NCBI RefSeq assembly: GCF_000143415.4
Contig: NW_003314320.1
Coordinates: 432,586-496,585 of the forward strand
Direction of reading: 5' to 3'
Length of the DNA: 64,000 nucleotides
DNA from: Selaginella moellendorffii
Taxonomy: Eukaryota > Plantae > Lycopodiophyta
Below, piece after piece: positions 13,901 through 27,691 of this stretch. Position 1 is the first letter of the stretch; each line of letters starts with the position of its first letter. The notes under the pieces were generated by a model. That model saw nothing but the letters and a program-made list of their open reading frames with translations. It searched no databases and was not told the origin of the DNA. The position numbers and the translations under genes are program-made.

Positions 13901-14789
13901 GGCCAATGTCAAGATCACCTTGTCCACATTTGCTGCACTCCATTCCTGTTCCTGAACTCAACACCAAACTCATGTTGATCGTCAGTCCCCAACCAGAAGA
14001 AATTCTGATGTCCTCTACACCTCAACACAAGGGGCTAAACCAAATACAAGATCTACGGTTTGTTTAACTAAATATGATTAATTAATGGAAGAGAAAATAC
14101 AAAAAAATGCCCTAGGGAGCATAATAAAAAGTAACATTAGAATGATGTTGGTGCTAAGGAAGATGAACTTCCAGATGGTTGTGATAATTAATATTGGAGC
14201 TGAGTCCATGGTTCTCCATACTTGCTCATTTTAGTGTTATTTGAGTTTTAACTCTACAAAGATTGAACACCGGGTTAGGCTCATTGAAACATAGGAATTA
14301 GCAATCTGGCTTGGCTGTAGAAGCAAGCTCATCTTGTTTATGCCAACCAGAACAAAGCTTTGCAGGAAGTATAGACTATAACCCTTGGTCCTAAACACAT
14401 ATATACTACTCTAGAAGGGTGCAATGAACAAATTCACCACTTAAGCCATATAACATGGAATATTTAACATATCAACTTGATGATGCTTCCTTAATCTCTT
14501 ACTGACACAATTTAGTTGCCCTCTACTTGCCAGTGGTAACCTCATGATGTGAAACAAGTGTGTGCATGTGACCTACCCTTATAGCACATTATAGATGCCA
14601 AAACATGATTTTTAAACACACTCACTCTAAAATACTTGGGACACTAATAAAAACACACTTATTGTTCAAATAAAAGAACTTATATCCACAAAACAAATGT
14701 GAACACATTCCAATCCAAGCCACACTCAAGATGCTCATAAAAAACAAAACACTCTCTATTCTAGAGCACACTTTAAGAAATGCTATTAA

Positions 14790-17700
14790 ATGCAGAATCC
14801 TAGGGTAAGGCTTGGCTTAACCCTCACTCCTTGTTACTTCCTGCTTTTATTCTCCAGCTCCGAGATTTTCAGGACCTCACTATAACTGCCCCTTTGATCA
14901 TGAGTTTGATCCTTCATGAGTTTGTGTAGTACAATTGTACCACTTTTACCCTTGACCTTACATATTGGTGGATTCCCTTATGGAATTTCCACTAGCACAC
15001 CTTTAATCCTGTCATATAAAGTCTTATTAGAAAGATTCCCCTTTGGAATCTCGATTGCTACACTAACCTCAAACCCATAGCACTAGTTCACAGGAAACCA
15101 CTTTTGAAGGATTCTTCTTCCGAATTGCATCTTTAGCTCTTGCTACGTGGACACGATCCCTTACTAAGTTGCACATAGATACCTTGAGAAGCATTTTTGT
15201 CTCTAATATTTGCTTCTCAAACTCCTATGTTTCCTCCTAATTTGACGCTCTACAATGAATATCTTTTCAATCTCTCACTTAACCTCTTCAGATTCCCTCA
15301 CTTGAACTACTAAAGCCTCAAACTACTACTCCAACTCACTAATGCATGCATGCAATCGAACTTTATCATGAGCCTCTACCTGGTTGAGACAATTTTTAGT
15401 TGCCCATTTTCCACAAGTAACTCAGAGATGACATCTTTTTAGCATCTTTGTGCACAAGATGCTTCTACTAGCATCTAGGTCTCATATATGCATGTCAAAG
15501 GGCAATCCTCATCCATTCCTCACACCTCCTATATCAAAATCCTAGCATGTCCTATGTTCCCCCACAACTAGGAAAACCACTCATTGAAGAGCTCTAACCA
15601 ATTGACAATCTCCTTTGCTACCTGTTGTGAGACATCTTGGCACATTCTTAGTGGTAGAACTACATAGTCAAAAGAATCCCTTGTCATAGCTCCTTCACAA
15701 GCATCCTCCCATAAAGACAACCACTACCTTATATAGGCTTGCCTTTTCCATCCTAAAACTTTCATAACTATGGCATAGATCTACTAATCAGTAGCCCCAC
15801 AACTTGTGGCCAAGTTCTAAATATAATCCCTCATGTGGGTGTATGCAAATTGCAGTAAGATTCTTAAAGAGGATCTCACATTTTTCCAACAACCCTTGCA
15901 AAATCATGATTTTCCACATATAAGGATTTGTCATCTATAGTATTGCAGGATCAACAAAGTCCATGTCTGCTAGTCATTTTCACAATTAATTTTGTGCCAA
16001 ATGTCAAATATCAAAGGTGCCACATGTCATCTCTTTTTTGTCACTCTTTTTCTCACTTTTCTTCTCTTTGTTCTTTTTTTTTTTGCTCTCTGTCTTTCTT
16101 TCATTTTTTTTTTCTTTTTTCCTAAGGCCCTAATGTAGTTTGGATGTTCCAAAAGTATCTTCTTCTTTGGCATTCAGATTAAAATATCCTACAGGAGAAT
16201 CTTCCATTATCTTGGCTTGCATTGCATTACCTTCTTCAACATATACACCATGATAGTTGGATGTTGTTGGCTCATTGGACAATCTCAAGCTTAGTGGTTT
16301 TCATCACATTTGAAGCACTAGTTGTTTCGTTGGGTACACCACTTTAGTCAACTAACCTCATCTTGAAAAATGAAAGTTGATGATCTATCTTTGTGAGTTA
16401 GCTTTTCAATTCCTATGTTAATGTTAATGCAAGATTCTTGACATCTGTCCATACATCATTCCCTACATGTTTTTTTGATGCTCCATTCTTTTCCTTAAAC
16501 GATTCACTATCAAGAATTTCTATTGAATCCTCAAAGTATTTATCTTGTAGTTTAAACTCATGTGTTGCTTAGGCGTAAGATTGGGGTAACTAATACTTCA
16601 TTTACTCCTGAAGATTCCAGCAAAAATACCAATACAATTGCCAATCTGTCACTAGCAATGGTCCAAGTTGCATTACGAGTTAAATCAAGGCATTTGCATA
16701 TGTCTAAACATCATCCTTCTCTTTCTACTTCTCAGCTTGTAGCTCATTTAATAATTAACAACTATCCAAATTCAAGAACCTTTTGCTAAATTTTGCCCTA
16801 AACTAATTCAAGCCTGTTGTAGAGTTCTACCAAACCCTAGCAAGCCCTTATGCCATAGCAGTCTCAACCCAAAGCAAGGTACCATAATTAGTCCATTTAT
16901 TTGGTAAACCAATCTTAATTCTTATCAGGATGGCCATCTCCCTTGAAAGCTAGAAGTTTAAACTTCCTAGAGATGCTTGAATCTTTCTGCCTTGGAAGAT
17001 GAAAGTTGGGCATTCCTCAAAAGTTTCGAGATGAGGGTATTGTTAGCCTGTGAGCTATAGTTGGGACAAACATGCTATTATAAACCACAAGGATATACAA
17101 GTCCTCAACCTGGTAAACATTAGGATTATGCTCGACCACAACATTGGTTCCTCCATCATTGCCTCGGGATATCTCTATGGCATCTCCTCTTCTTTTGTAT
17201 TGACATATAGTACTTCTTGCAATTCTAAAACCACCACATTGTCAATCTTGGATAGTAGCCATCTCACTCTTCCTCACTGTTAGATTACTCTATGGTAGGG
17301 ATCACAAAGATTCTCAGCCAAATTGTGGGAATCTATTGACATTTATAGATGAGAGGGACCATTCCATTGAGATTCAGTGGCACAACTGAAAAGACATGTT
17401 AAAGGTACCATGATGACCTTGAGCTCCTTTAGAGAATGGTGAGAATCCTCCACCCCCACATCTGAAAGGTCTTCCTCAATAGAAAGATGTGAAACCACCT
17501 CAAAAAGAAATGTTGCTACTACTTTGCCATCTAGGCCTTATCCTGTCCTAATTTTAATCCTCTTGCAAAATCTCCTGCTCAATTAAAGTTTGTTCTTTTC
17601 CTTTTTCTTGATCTTGGGCATGTCCTCTTCACTTTTGAACCCTAGATATATCTGCACCACCCTCTTGAGCATCTTTTCCCTTGGCATTAGCCAAAAATGT

Positions 17701-18240
17701 TGCCACTTATGTCTTTCCTTGGGTATGCTCCTTCTCTTATTTAGCAATATCAACTTAACTCCACTTCTCAAGCTTTGCAAAAGATTCACCTAATCATGAA
17801 CCAGATTCACAATTGGTCATCTTCCTACATTCAACTCTTCAAGAAGATGCCACAACAGTATTGGGTTAAAGAACAATAAAAGAAACTCACACTTTTGAAG
17901 TTAGTTCTCTCCCCACATGCAAGAATCATCACATAAACTACCTCTAATACCAAGAAGGGTGTAATGAACAACTTGGGGTGAGGCTCGGCTTAACCCTCAC
18001 TCCCTGTTGCTCCGTTTTTATTCTCCAGACCACCTCACAAACCCTAATCCACATCATTGCCCTAACCACCTCTTTAATCACGAGTTTGATCCTTCAGGAG
18101 TTTGTGCGATACACACAGCTCTCTTTGCATGTCTTCAATGTGGACAGAAACGCTGAAACTAAGGAAGAAGAGAAAAACTTTCTCACTCAAATATCATCAT
18201 TGCTATACATACTTGCTCAATTATCATCATTGCTATATAT
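14790..18240 (-). mobile_element. Highly decayed LTR-retrotransposon remnant
   Basis: Related ~130-bp direct repeats at ~14803-14930 and ~17976-18110 (GGCTTAACCCTCACTCC...GAGTTTGATCCTTCA). tRNA-Met PBS-like TTGGTATTAGAG on the minus strand at ~17942-17953. AT-rich, stop-riddled interior. Confidence 0.55.
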
Positions 18241-18318
18241 ACACAGGTGAGAGTGGTGACTCTCCAGATCTGCCACGTGTCAGCACTTTTACTCAGCCGT
18301 ATGGTGACCTCGGATGTA

Positions 18319-18790
18319 CTACATCCTCACAAGAAACGTAAACAGCATGCCCGGCTGGGCAATCTCGTTCAGGAGCTCTGCCTTGTTGATGAACACTATC
18401 TCCCTGCCGGGAGAAGCCAGCATCTTGAAGAGTCCCTCGACGACGGGACTTCCATCGTACTCGAGCCTGCCGTTGCTCCTGAGAACCAGAGACACAGCCA
18501 TCTCATGGATGAAAGCATCGTAATCATTGGCATGCTTGTTGGCTGCTTCCACCATTCGATGGTTCAAGAGGGTCAGCACGGGCACCATGTCATGCATAAG
18601 AATGCGATCCGCAAGCTTGTACATGAGTGATGACTTGCCACGGCCCTGTGATGAGCAGCCACCTCAAGTGAGTCCTCTATGTCACTCAGAAGTTCGTGTC
18701 TGGATCAATTGCGTCAAATAACAGCTGTGGCCACGGAAGCTTACCCAATCCGGCCTCCGCTTCCCAGGAGGAAGGTTGACATGCACGCCC
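18319..18790 (-). pseudogene. Possible P-loop NTPase gene fragment
   Basis: Coding-like GC island. WLLITGP and, after a frameshift, GRGKSSLMYKLA (Walker A-like); EIVFINKAELL (degenerate Walker B-like). Confidence 0.35.
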
Positions 18791-18937
18791 CTGCATGAGA
18801 AATTTATAAGCATAATCTTTCTTAACATAAATCTAAGCATGTAAACCAACCCTTAACCCTTAAAAGTTTATGATCAAATCTATTTTGCTAGCATTTTACT
18901 TTTTTCAATCTAACAAAAAAGAAAGATAAAAAAATTT

Positions 18938-21147
18938 CTATGGCTTTTTCCTGATGACCACCGCAGCCGCACTGGCTAGCATATCTAAGGCACTTGGAAC
19001 CACCTGGTGGCAATCTTTAAGAACGTTCACCAATTCGCGTGCTATTGGAGCAGCCGAGCACCCACACAAAGTATGCAAGCTTCCATGGACGGATGATCGG
19101 GCCATGGAAGACAAGATGCTCGAGTACCTGGCGATCGAAACCGGGCACTCGTAATTCACAACGTTCTGGAAACAGCTCAAGTCGATAGAATCAACTATGC
19201 TTTCGGTGGAAACCATTAGTTCGAATGAGCTACACCAAAAGAAAAAGAGAGCATGCATTAGCTAAACTGGAATGAAAGGGATACACACCTTGTGTTCTGA
19301 TCGTTCTTTGAATCACTGGTGAAAGCCACTGCCCTGTCGAATCCCTCACGCTTCAAGGCGCCTGCTAGCACTACCACATCTTCCAGCTTTCTTGCTACCA
19401 CTAGTGTCCGAGGTAGTTTATCATCGTCTTCCCGAAGTTGCTGGAGGATACTCACGACCTTGTAACGAGAGAGAAGTTTGTTTCAAAGAGAAAATAGCTA
19501 GCAGCGAACTACGAGTACCTTTGGCAGTTTTTTGGTGTCGTCAACGATTATACTAACGGCTTGGGTGATGCATGCTCCCTGCTCCTTCAAGGACTCGCCT
19601 TCCACAACTCTAGCCACTGGATCTTCTACGTAAGATCTGGTTACTTGAATTGCTTCCCCACTGAAACTTCTGCTCAGTATTACAACTTGCATTGTGTGGC
19701 TCGTATGTAGCTTAATTGTCTGAAGGTTTTCCTTGAAACCTTTCCGGATCAACTCGTCCAAGCCATCCACAACCTTGGAAAACAAATAAAGTGGTAGTGA
19801 GCATCAGTGTGTCGTGACGGTTTACTTACCAGAAACGAAACATCCAAGAGGTTTAGTGCCTTTCTCGATACCAAGTGACAAAGCCTCTCTGGTGTAGCTA
19901 CAAGAACTTGACACGCAGAGGACTCCAGCCTGCAATAACAAGCGATCAATGTAGCTTTCACTTGATTGAAACAAGAGCCTACCCTTTCACTTGGTGCTCT
20001 AGACTCGCACCCGGGTGGATGCTTATGGTCTGAAGCCCCAGAAGCTTTTTCAAAGGCTTGCACAAGTTTCTTACCTGTACAAAACAAACGCTCTCACGTC
20101 AGATGAACAAACACCATAGCGAAAGGATCAAAGTCTCTTACGTATAGCGCTTCCTCTTGAGACGGCACGAGAAAGAGAGCGATAGGCTTTCCACAGAGCC
20201 TTGTCTTGGAGGGTTGCTTGACAATGTAGTCCACCACTGCAGGAATGTAAGCGATGGCTGCAATGGTCGACTCCTGGACGGTTCCAATGACGTCCAGACC
20301 TCCTCGGCAAGCCTCCCAGAGGCTAGTCTCAAAGCGAGACAATTGCCTATCAACGCTAGCAATCACTCCGGACAGTATACGAGCACCATTTGACGAACCT
20401 GCTATCCGGGACAGGAGCCGTCTGTCGTAAGCTCTCGTATCGTCTTCCCCACCAGAGCTATCTTCTTCTTCTTCTTCGGAGCTATCATCTTCGTCCAAGG
20501 AAGCAGATTCTCTGGCTTCGGAGATTTCGTCGTCCTCGGAACTATCATCTTCGTCGGTTAAAACTTGACTGCCATCTTGACCTTCGTCAAGGTCACTGTC
20601 TTCTTCAGCCAAACCCTCCATCGTTTCATCGTCATATCGCCTCTTCTTGCGTTTTCCTAGACACCGGTTATTGAATGGATCCTCAGGAGTTGGGAGGCTG
20701 TAGCACATTCCCTGTATGAAAAAAAAAAAAGAGAGATTCGAAGATCGAAAAGATAAAGATCCACAACCACGGTTCGTGAAAGTCGAAGATGTAGGAAGAA
20801 CGAGAAAACAATGCACGAAACTATTATAAAAACAAATCTATTCGCAAAAGCAAAAGCCTAGAACGCTTACCAAAAACCAAGCAAGTGAAGAAAGAAAACC
20901 TCGAAGCGAATCAGACTAAACATACAATCCACCACAGAATGCTGGCATTACAGAATGCGGGCATTTTCCAGCAAAGAATCGATCTAATGGATCTGTCACT
21001 CACCTCGCAAACTCGCCGCTTCCCAGCTTTCCTCCTGCGCTTGGCGGCAATCACGGCAGTGTGGAATCCAGCGCCGCCGGCGCTTCGCAAGCGCTTCCTG
21101 GCGGCCTTGTTCCTCCGCTTTGCCGCCGCCTCCTCCGCCTTCCCCAT
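18938..21147 (-). CDS. Plant DEAD-box-like helicase family protein with degenerate motifs (multi-exon)
   Basis: Basic N-terminus MGKAEEAAAKRRNKAARKR..KRRVCE|GMCYSLPTPEDPFN, acidic tract, ALFLVPSQEEA, VLVATPERL, VVDGLD, VVNYECP and SMARSSVHG. Confidence 0.8.
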
Positions 21148-21353
21148 CAAAACCCTAGCTACACCATAAACCTCTCCAAGGAGAGAGCTTTCCTTCCAAT
21201 TGTTTTTAAATTGGAGAGAGTACAAATGTTACATACAAAACAACCAACAAAACAAACGAAGAACACGAGTCTTTGGAGAGAGCGCTTGCGAGGAGAGAGC
21301 GCTGATATTCTGGAGACCGATTGCGTGATTCTTCTTGTGAGTGTGTTCCTGGA

Positions 21354-24068
21354 TTAAAACCCGCTCGGGTGGTGGTGGTGGTGGTGGTGGTGGTGTTCGG
21401 GCTGTGGTTGATTTTGTTGTTGAGTTGGAGTTGGAGTTGGAGTTGGAGTTTGCTGCTGCTGCTGCTGCTGCTGCTGTTGTTGTTGGTGTTGGTGGTTTAC
21501 CATGTAAGCATTGTACATTTCCCTGTTCATGACCTGGATAGACAGGAGAACACGAAAGAGTCAGTAAAAAAAGAGAATTTTGCGTGAGAAAACTCCATAG
21601 CTCGGACACACACCAAGCACAACACCAGGAAAGCTCAAAACGATAGAATAGATACCGAAACAAGGAGAACTTTTGACGATCTTTTCCAGAGCACTGCAAT
21701 CCAAGAGAGTGACTTGTTCCTGCCTAGAACAAGAGAAAAACAAACAGCACAAACATAAAACACTGACATTTTCACGACGAGAAAACGGAAAAACGAGTGA
21801 AAAAACTCCAGAAAACTCGAGGTGGAACAAAAACAATGGAACTTTCGTTACTTACCTGGACGGGAATTTGCAATTGCTGCTGAGAAACGTAGACGTTGTA
21901 CGAATCCGGCTCGCTCACGATCGGTCTCAATGGAGCTGCCGCTGCCGCCGCTCCTGCTGCTGTGCTCGAGCTCCCCAAGTCGACCATGTTCATCCCCATC
22001 CCCATTCCCATTCCCATATTCATGCCGACTCCCAGCATTCCCATTCCCATTCCCATCCCCATCCCGTAAGGCAACGGAGCCATCTGTGGAGGGATTTGCA
22101 TGTGTGGGTGGCGAACACCATTGGCCATGGCCATTGGAGGCATGCTCATACCGCTTCTCATCGACATCATCTACAAGAACAGGAAAAAGTGTGAGAACTA
22201 TGTAAAAGTTCGATTTTTGGCACCTGGAGCTGTAGCTGTAGCATCTTCAAGTACTCGATAGCTTCGTCCAGCATGGAAGCTTTGTCAGTCTGTGGGGAAA
22301 AACGAAGAGTAACGTCAGTGAGAGATCAAGTGCAAAGACCTTGTTGGAGTTTGGGATGAGCTCTTGCAAGGCTCTCATTTTCTCGTTGATTCTATCGCGC
22401 CGCCGCTGCAAAGTCCGCGTGTAAGTCGAGGATGCTCTCAAGACTAAAGAACAAACAAGTTACGTACACGCTCGGAGAGATTGTGAACTTCGGCTGCCCG
22501 GCTTCTCTTCGGACGAGTGGCTGGTTTTTTGGTGTCGACAGACTCCGCTTCCACGTCCTGGAAGCCACAAGAAAACGCAAAGATCAATAAGAACCTCGAA
22601 AAAGTCTCCGCGTACCTCGCTTTGACAATCCATGGACTCGGTCATCTGTGGAGCCTTCCTCTTCTCGGCAATCCTCTCGGCCTTGTCCGACTTCTCCGTC
22701 GTGTTGTCCGACCCCCCGGACGAGGAAGTGATGGTAGGCTCCGCGTCATACTTCTTCGATCCCGCCACACTCTTGTGCTGGCTCTCGTCGTTTCCAAACG
22801 ACTTGGTCTTGCAGCTCGAGCTCCCTCCCCCGGAGATCATGGATCCCGCCTGCTCTCTCTTGACAGCTCTCGCATGATCGCCAGCTTTGTGCGGAGAAAC
22901 CAGCGGAGCCGACTCCGCCACGATCGAGCTGCTGCTCCGCTGGACCAAACCTCTCTTCAATCCTTGCTGCTCGGACTCATGAACGAAGGTGGTGGTGGCT
23001 GCCGAGCTCGCAGAAAAATTTGGTTTTGACGCTTGCCTTTGATCGAAGACTGCTGCTGCTGCTGCTGCTGCTGCTACTTCGGGATTCATGGCTGCTAACG
23101 ACGGAGTAGCAGTCGCCGGTGCCACCGTCGTCGTCGTTACCGTCGTCGAAGCCGTAGGCCACTTGGGAACCGGAGGTTGGATCGGGGCAGTGGTCCGGAC
23201 TCTGCAAAAGGCCTCGAGGCCCACCTGTGAGCTCAGCCCAGCTGCGCGCTCGGCACCAAGCGCCATCGCGGCTTCCGCGCTTGGAAGCTTGCTGGTGGTG
23301 GCGGGAGGAGCATTACCACTCGGCTGGATGGCTGGGGGCGACGTGTGAGCAATCGTTGCCCGCCTGCTGCTGCTACAGCCAGCAAACGTCTGCATGCCTG
23401 AATTAGGAACGTCGGCAAACAAATCCGAGCAGTAGCTCTTTTCGAAGCTTTCGTCCATGGGGTAGTGCAGCCACGACAACATCTCGTCGTCTTGGGCAGA
23501 GACGATGGCGGAGCTGCCGCAGGGTGGCGGTGGTGCCGGCTGGAAAAGCTCCCCTCCCAAGCTCTTGCTATTCTTGATCTCCAACTTTTGCTGCTGCTGC
23601 GGCTGTTCTTCCTGTTCTTGGTGGTGATGTTGATGATGGTGGTGGTGTTGATGGTGGTGGTGGTGATTCTCTAGCCAGACCCCTGATCCTGTTCCATCCC
23701 CAGAGCTTCCAATCCTGTTAATGTTACCGCTCCTACCTTGCATTTCTAGATCTACGTCTAACTCGAGCCGGACTGTTTCCTTGGCTTGGTTCGCGTCACT
23801 CTCCCGTCTGGAAATCACAAGAGATATCAGCGAGGCAAAGAGCAAATTCTCTAGATAGCTCTCCTCCCGAAAAGAAGAAAGCAAAAGAGAGAGGTGATCA
23901 CGGTGGAGGGAAGGGAGAAGAGATTTACGCTAAGGATAATTCGGAGATGTTGAGCTTCCTCTGCCGGAGAGCCTCCCACTTCCCTTTGAGAGGCAAGATC
24001 TGATTAGAAAGAAAGGTTCCAGTCATGTTGAGCAGAGGAGGAGCTGGAGAGCTCATACTTGACTGCAT
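21354..24068 (-). CDS. PIF: Phytochrome-interacting-factor-type bHLH (subfamily VIIa); start codon uncertain (24068 or 23743)
   Basis: [13 protein letters not shown]|[22 protein letters not shown]|[22 protein letters not shown]|[15 protein letters not shown] motif, (MG)n tract and poly-Q/H C-terminus. Confidence 0.88.
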
Positions 24069-24825
24069 TCCAGCCAAGATCAAAAGGAAAAACAGAACAA
24101 GACCAAAAAAAAGGGAAGAAAAAAACAAAACAAAATCCAGTGCTGTGTGAGTTGAGAGAGATCTTCTCCAAAAAAGAATTTTATACCTTACTATGAAGAT
24201 ACTCACGCTGCTGCCGCTGGGATTGCTCCAAATTCATCACTTGCTCGTCCATTACTTGACGATCATCGCTTCCCCTCGCCTCGGAGCAATAATCTCGCAA
24301 AAGAAAAACGATTCTACATTCTTCACAGCAACGCTGCTACCAATTTTAATCTTGCGACGCCTCTGTGATCTTCTTCCTTAGATCTACTTGCTTGCCACAA
24401 AATTCCAGCTATTGCACGCTCTAATCGACGCTCTGGAGCTCACATTCTACGCGAATCTGGCAGATGTCCGGCTAAACCCCTCACAGTATTCCATCAACCC
24501 TAAATCCGCCATAGCAGCCAGCACAGAATAATTATTATTTCTTTTTTCCACATCATCTTATTGCCATAACAGGAGACTAATTTCAATTAAGTGTCTGGAC
24601 ATGAGAGATTTTTCTTTGCCAGATGGCATTTTTCTAGTGGATTGAAAGATTTTCCATCACGGCATGCCTTCTAAGAATGTGACATTTGGCACTTCTACAG
24701 TATAGATTTTGATCGATTCGATCAATTTTGCATTGCTGTACCTTGTGGCTGTAGATTAAAGTTTCTGTCAAGTGAATATAACATGTGGTATTTGTATTGT
24801 GTGGTGTGTAGTTTTTCGTATTTCA

Positions 24826-27461
24826 TTAACCATATTTCTTATATAAACTCATTAATTTGGCCACAAATTCTAAATACATTCAATTAGAGCATGAACATAA
24901 AATATAAAGTATTTCATACCTTCTAGCTTTAAAATAGCGTCAATTCCATCTGGAGTTCTTTTTGCCTGAAATTTAAAACTATAAGAAAATAATTAAGAAA
25001 TTTAAATGCTTTTACATAAAACTTAGCCCATTGATTTATTTCCTCCATGAAAGAAACATTTACTAGCTTAATAAGCTCGTCAACAAGCCTCTACAAAAAA
25101 TTAGTTTATCAAAATAAATACAAAACAAAAATAAATTAATTAATTTTCTCATTGTAACATACCCAAAGGATAAGCTTTGCAGCTACGCCCTCGTCCAAAA
25201 GCTTTTGCATATTTCTTTTTACCTTATAAAGCCTACCAAACAAAAAATACATTTCATTTTGTTAAATACAACATCATTTTACAGATAATACCTTCTTGGA
25301 TTTTGTTCGTCGATGATATCCCGTGCCATGCTAACAATGTCGTCCTCCCACTCGATCGCAATCACCTGGTTTTCGTCAAATGGATACCTTCAATTCAACA
25401 ACCACTCAAAGTTAGTTCAACCAAAAAATATAAGCTTTCAATCATAAGTTGCTTACTGCTTTAGCTTGCATGCTTCTAATGATAGCACGGCCTGTCGGAA
25501 ATTCTTCGATGCTTTTGCAATCCGCAAGGCAAAGTGCTCTTGCAGATCCAGATTCTCTCGCTTGGCAACGAAATAAAGAACTTGCACAACCTGGAAGATG
25601 GCAAATCTATTCAGGAAAACAACGGACGACTGTTGGGATTTCTCTGTACTTACGTCATCTACTGTTGGATTGTGTACGTCCACGACAATGCACCGCAATC
25701 GAACAGAGTCGGATAGCTTAGACGGCTGAGAGCAGCAGAGCAACATGAACTTGCAATAATCTGAGTAGCGGTCCATGAGCCAGCGAATATGCTGCTGTGC
25801 CTCGGCACTCACTTTGTCCGCATCATGAAGAACAAGAACTGGATTATATAAAAATCTTAAGTATCATAAACAAAGAGGAAAAGGTGAAAGCTGTACCTTT
25901 GTAGCTCCTGATATAAGAATCGTTATCATAAGCTGTACATGCCACTTTCATTTCTTTCAAGAGTGTGGTGAGCACGGGCCTTAAATAAACTCCAACATGG
26001 AGGAGATTCAGTTCAACATGATGAGCACTTGATGTTATAGGAAGAGACACTTTTGTTCCCTGTCAAAACAACGATTTATAAGCATCCGTATCTCTCTTGG
26101 CAAGAAAAGAACGGAACAAAGAATATAAAAATTTGAACAGGCAGACCTCGACGTCAAAAGTTCTAGTGAAATCTCTAACCTGTAGAAAACAAATCAAAAC
26201 ACCGTGATCTATCCAGCATAAGAATCTTAAAAGAAAATGCGATAAAGACAGACCAGCCACGCAGAAATTCCAAAGGCATCTCGCAGCAGCGCCATAATCA
26301 AACTCTTTTTTCCGCATCCAGGAGGTCCTTCGAAAAGCAAGTGATGACAGTGCCCCGCAGATATCTGATTCACAAAGTGCTCAGTCCAAGGATGATCAAG
26401 CACGGAAATCACGCAACAAAGTTACTAGTTGCTTCAAATCGTGGGCCTGCCGACAGTTGATAACGAACGAGGACAAGCTCTCGGGACGGTGCTTGTTCAC
26501 CCACAACTTCGGCGTGCTGGATATGGTACTCGTCGTCTGGCTTTGAGCAGCAACAGAAACGCAGCTGCTAGCCGGCAAGCAACTCGATTGCTGTGAATCG
26601 CCGTTCGTGGAGTGCTGCGCTGGCAGTTCAACAAGCCGGTTACATGCCGCAGAACAAGTCGAAAGCTTGGCCACCAATGCACCCAGATTGTTGTGAGAAA
26701 CAGAACGAGATAGCTTAGTACCGGCGTGATCTTTCCTCAGTAGAGGGTTGGTTATGGAAACAAAGCTTGCGGTGGTGCTCGTTCTCTCGATGCTTGCAAA
26801 TGTTGATCCGGAGAGCGATTCATGATCGTTTAGTCTTTTGAAACTGGAAGGCCCGGTGTTAGGCCTGTTTTGAGTATAAGTGGCGTCGTTTCTGGTCCAT
26901 GTTTTCGTTAGAAATCTATGTTTCTTTGAGTTTCCGGTACCTTTCTGAGGTGTACGTGGAATTTACTCCAGAGAGGGCTTGGGGATCGTGATCGCTTTTC
27001 AACGTCGAAGTTCCAGTCCTTTGAAAATGGTTGAATTCAGTGTTTTCCTTGCTTCTATACCAAAATTCTTGTAGCAAAAGGAAAAAAAGAAAAGGAAAAG
27101 CGAATACCTTGGAGAAACAATGGTACTAGTTCTCTGGAAATGGTTGAATTCAGTGTTCTCCTTGCTTCTATACCAAAGATCTTGTCGATAGAACAGAAAA
27201 AGAAATAAAAAACGAAACATGATACCTTGGAGAAACATTGGTACTACAACCCGCGACCGGAGTCTTGGGCCGCGCTGGCAGGATTATGGATCGCATCGAA
27301 GCCGTAACATTGGCGAGGTGTCCTACCTCCGCAGGCTTTGTGTTGAGATCCGACCAGGCGCCTCCGAAATGAAATCCCGAGGCGCTCGCGCTCGAATCCT
27401 CCTCCTCCTCCGGCTTGCGGCTTTGGAATCCAAATCGATTCCTCGTGCCAGCGCCTTGCAT
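24826..27461 (-). CDS. Replication factor C small subunit-like (38-kDa RFC3/yeast Rfc5 class) with long N-terminal extension
   Basis: LWVNKHRP, HLLFEGPPGCGKKSL, SSAHHVELN, SAEAQQHIRWLMDRYS, NFRQAVLSLEA, YPFDENQ..WE..EQNP and C-terminal KLEEFVAKLMSLYKKYG*. Confidence 0.85.
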
Positions 27462-27691
27462 TCCCTAGCTATCCCTGGTCTTGAAAAGAACCAGACCTGG
27501 AAGAGGAGAGAATCCATCGCGGCGGACACAACGAGCGAGCTCCACGACAAAGAGCTCTGTCTTTTAGGGCAACCCCCAAATTCAAATTCTAGGGCTGACG
27601 AGGCAAACTTCAAGTGGATAAAGCGTTGCCGCGTGACGCCTAGGTGGCAATCACATTCGTGGCGTAGTCTGTGTACCTTGGAATCGAGGCG

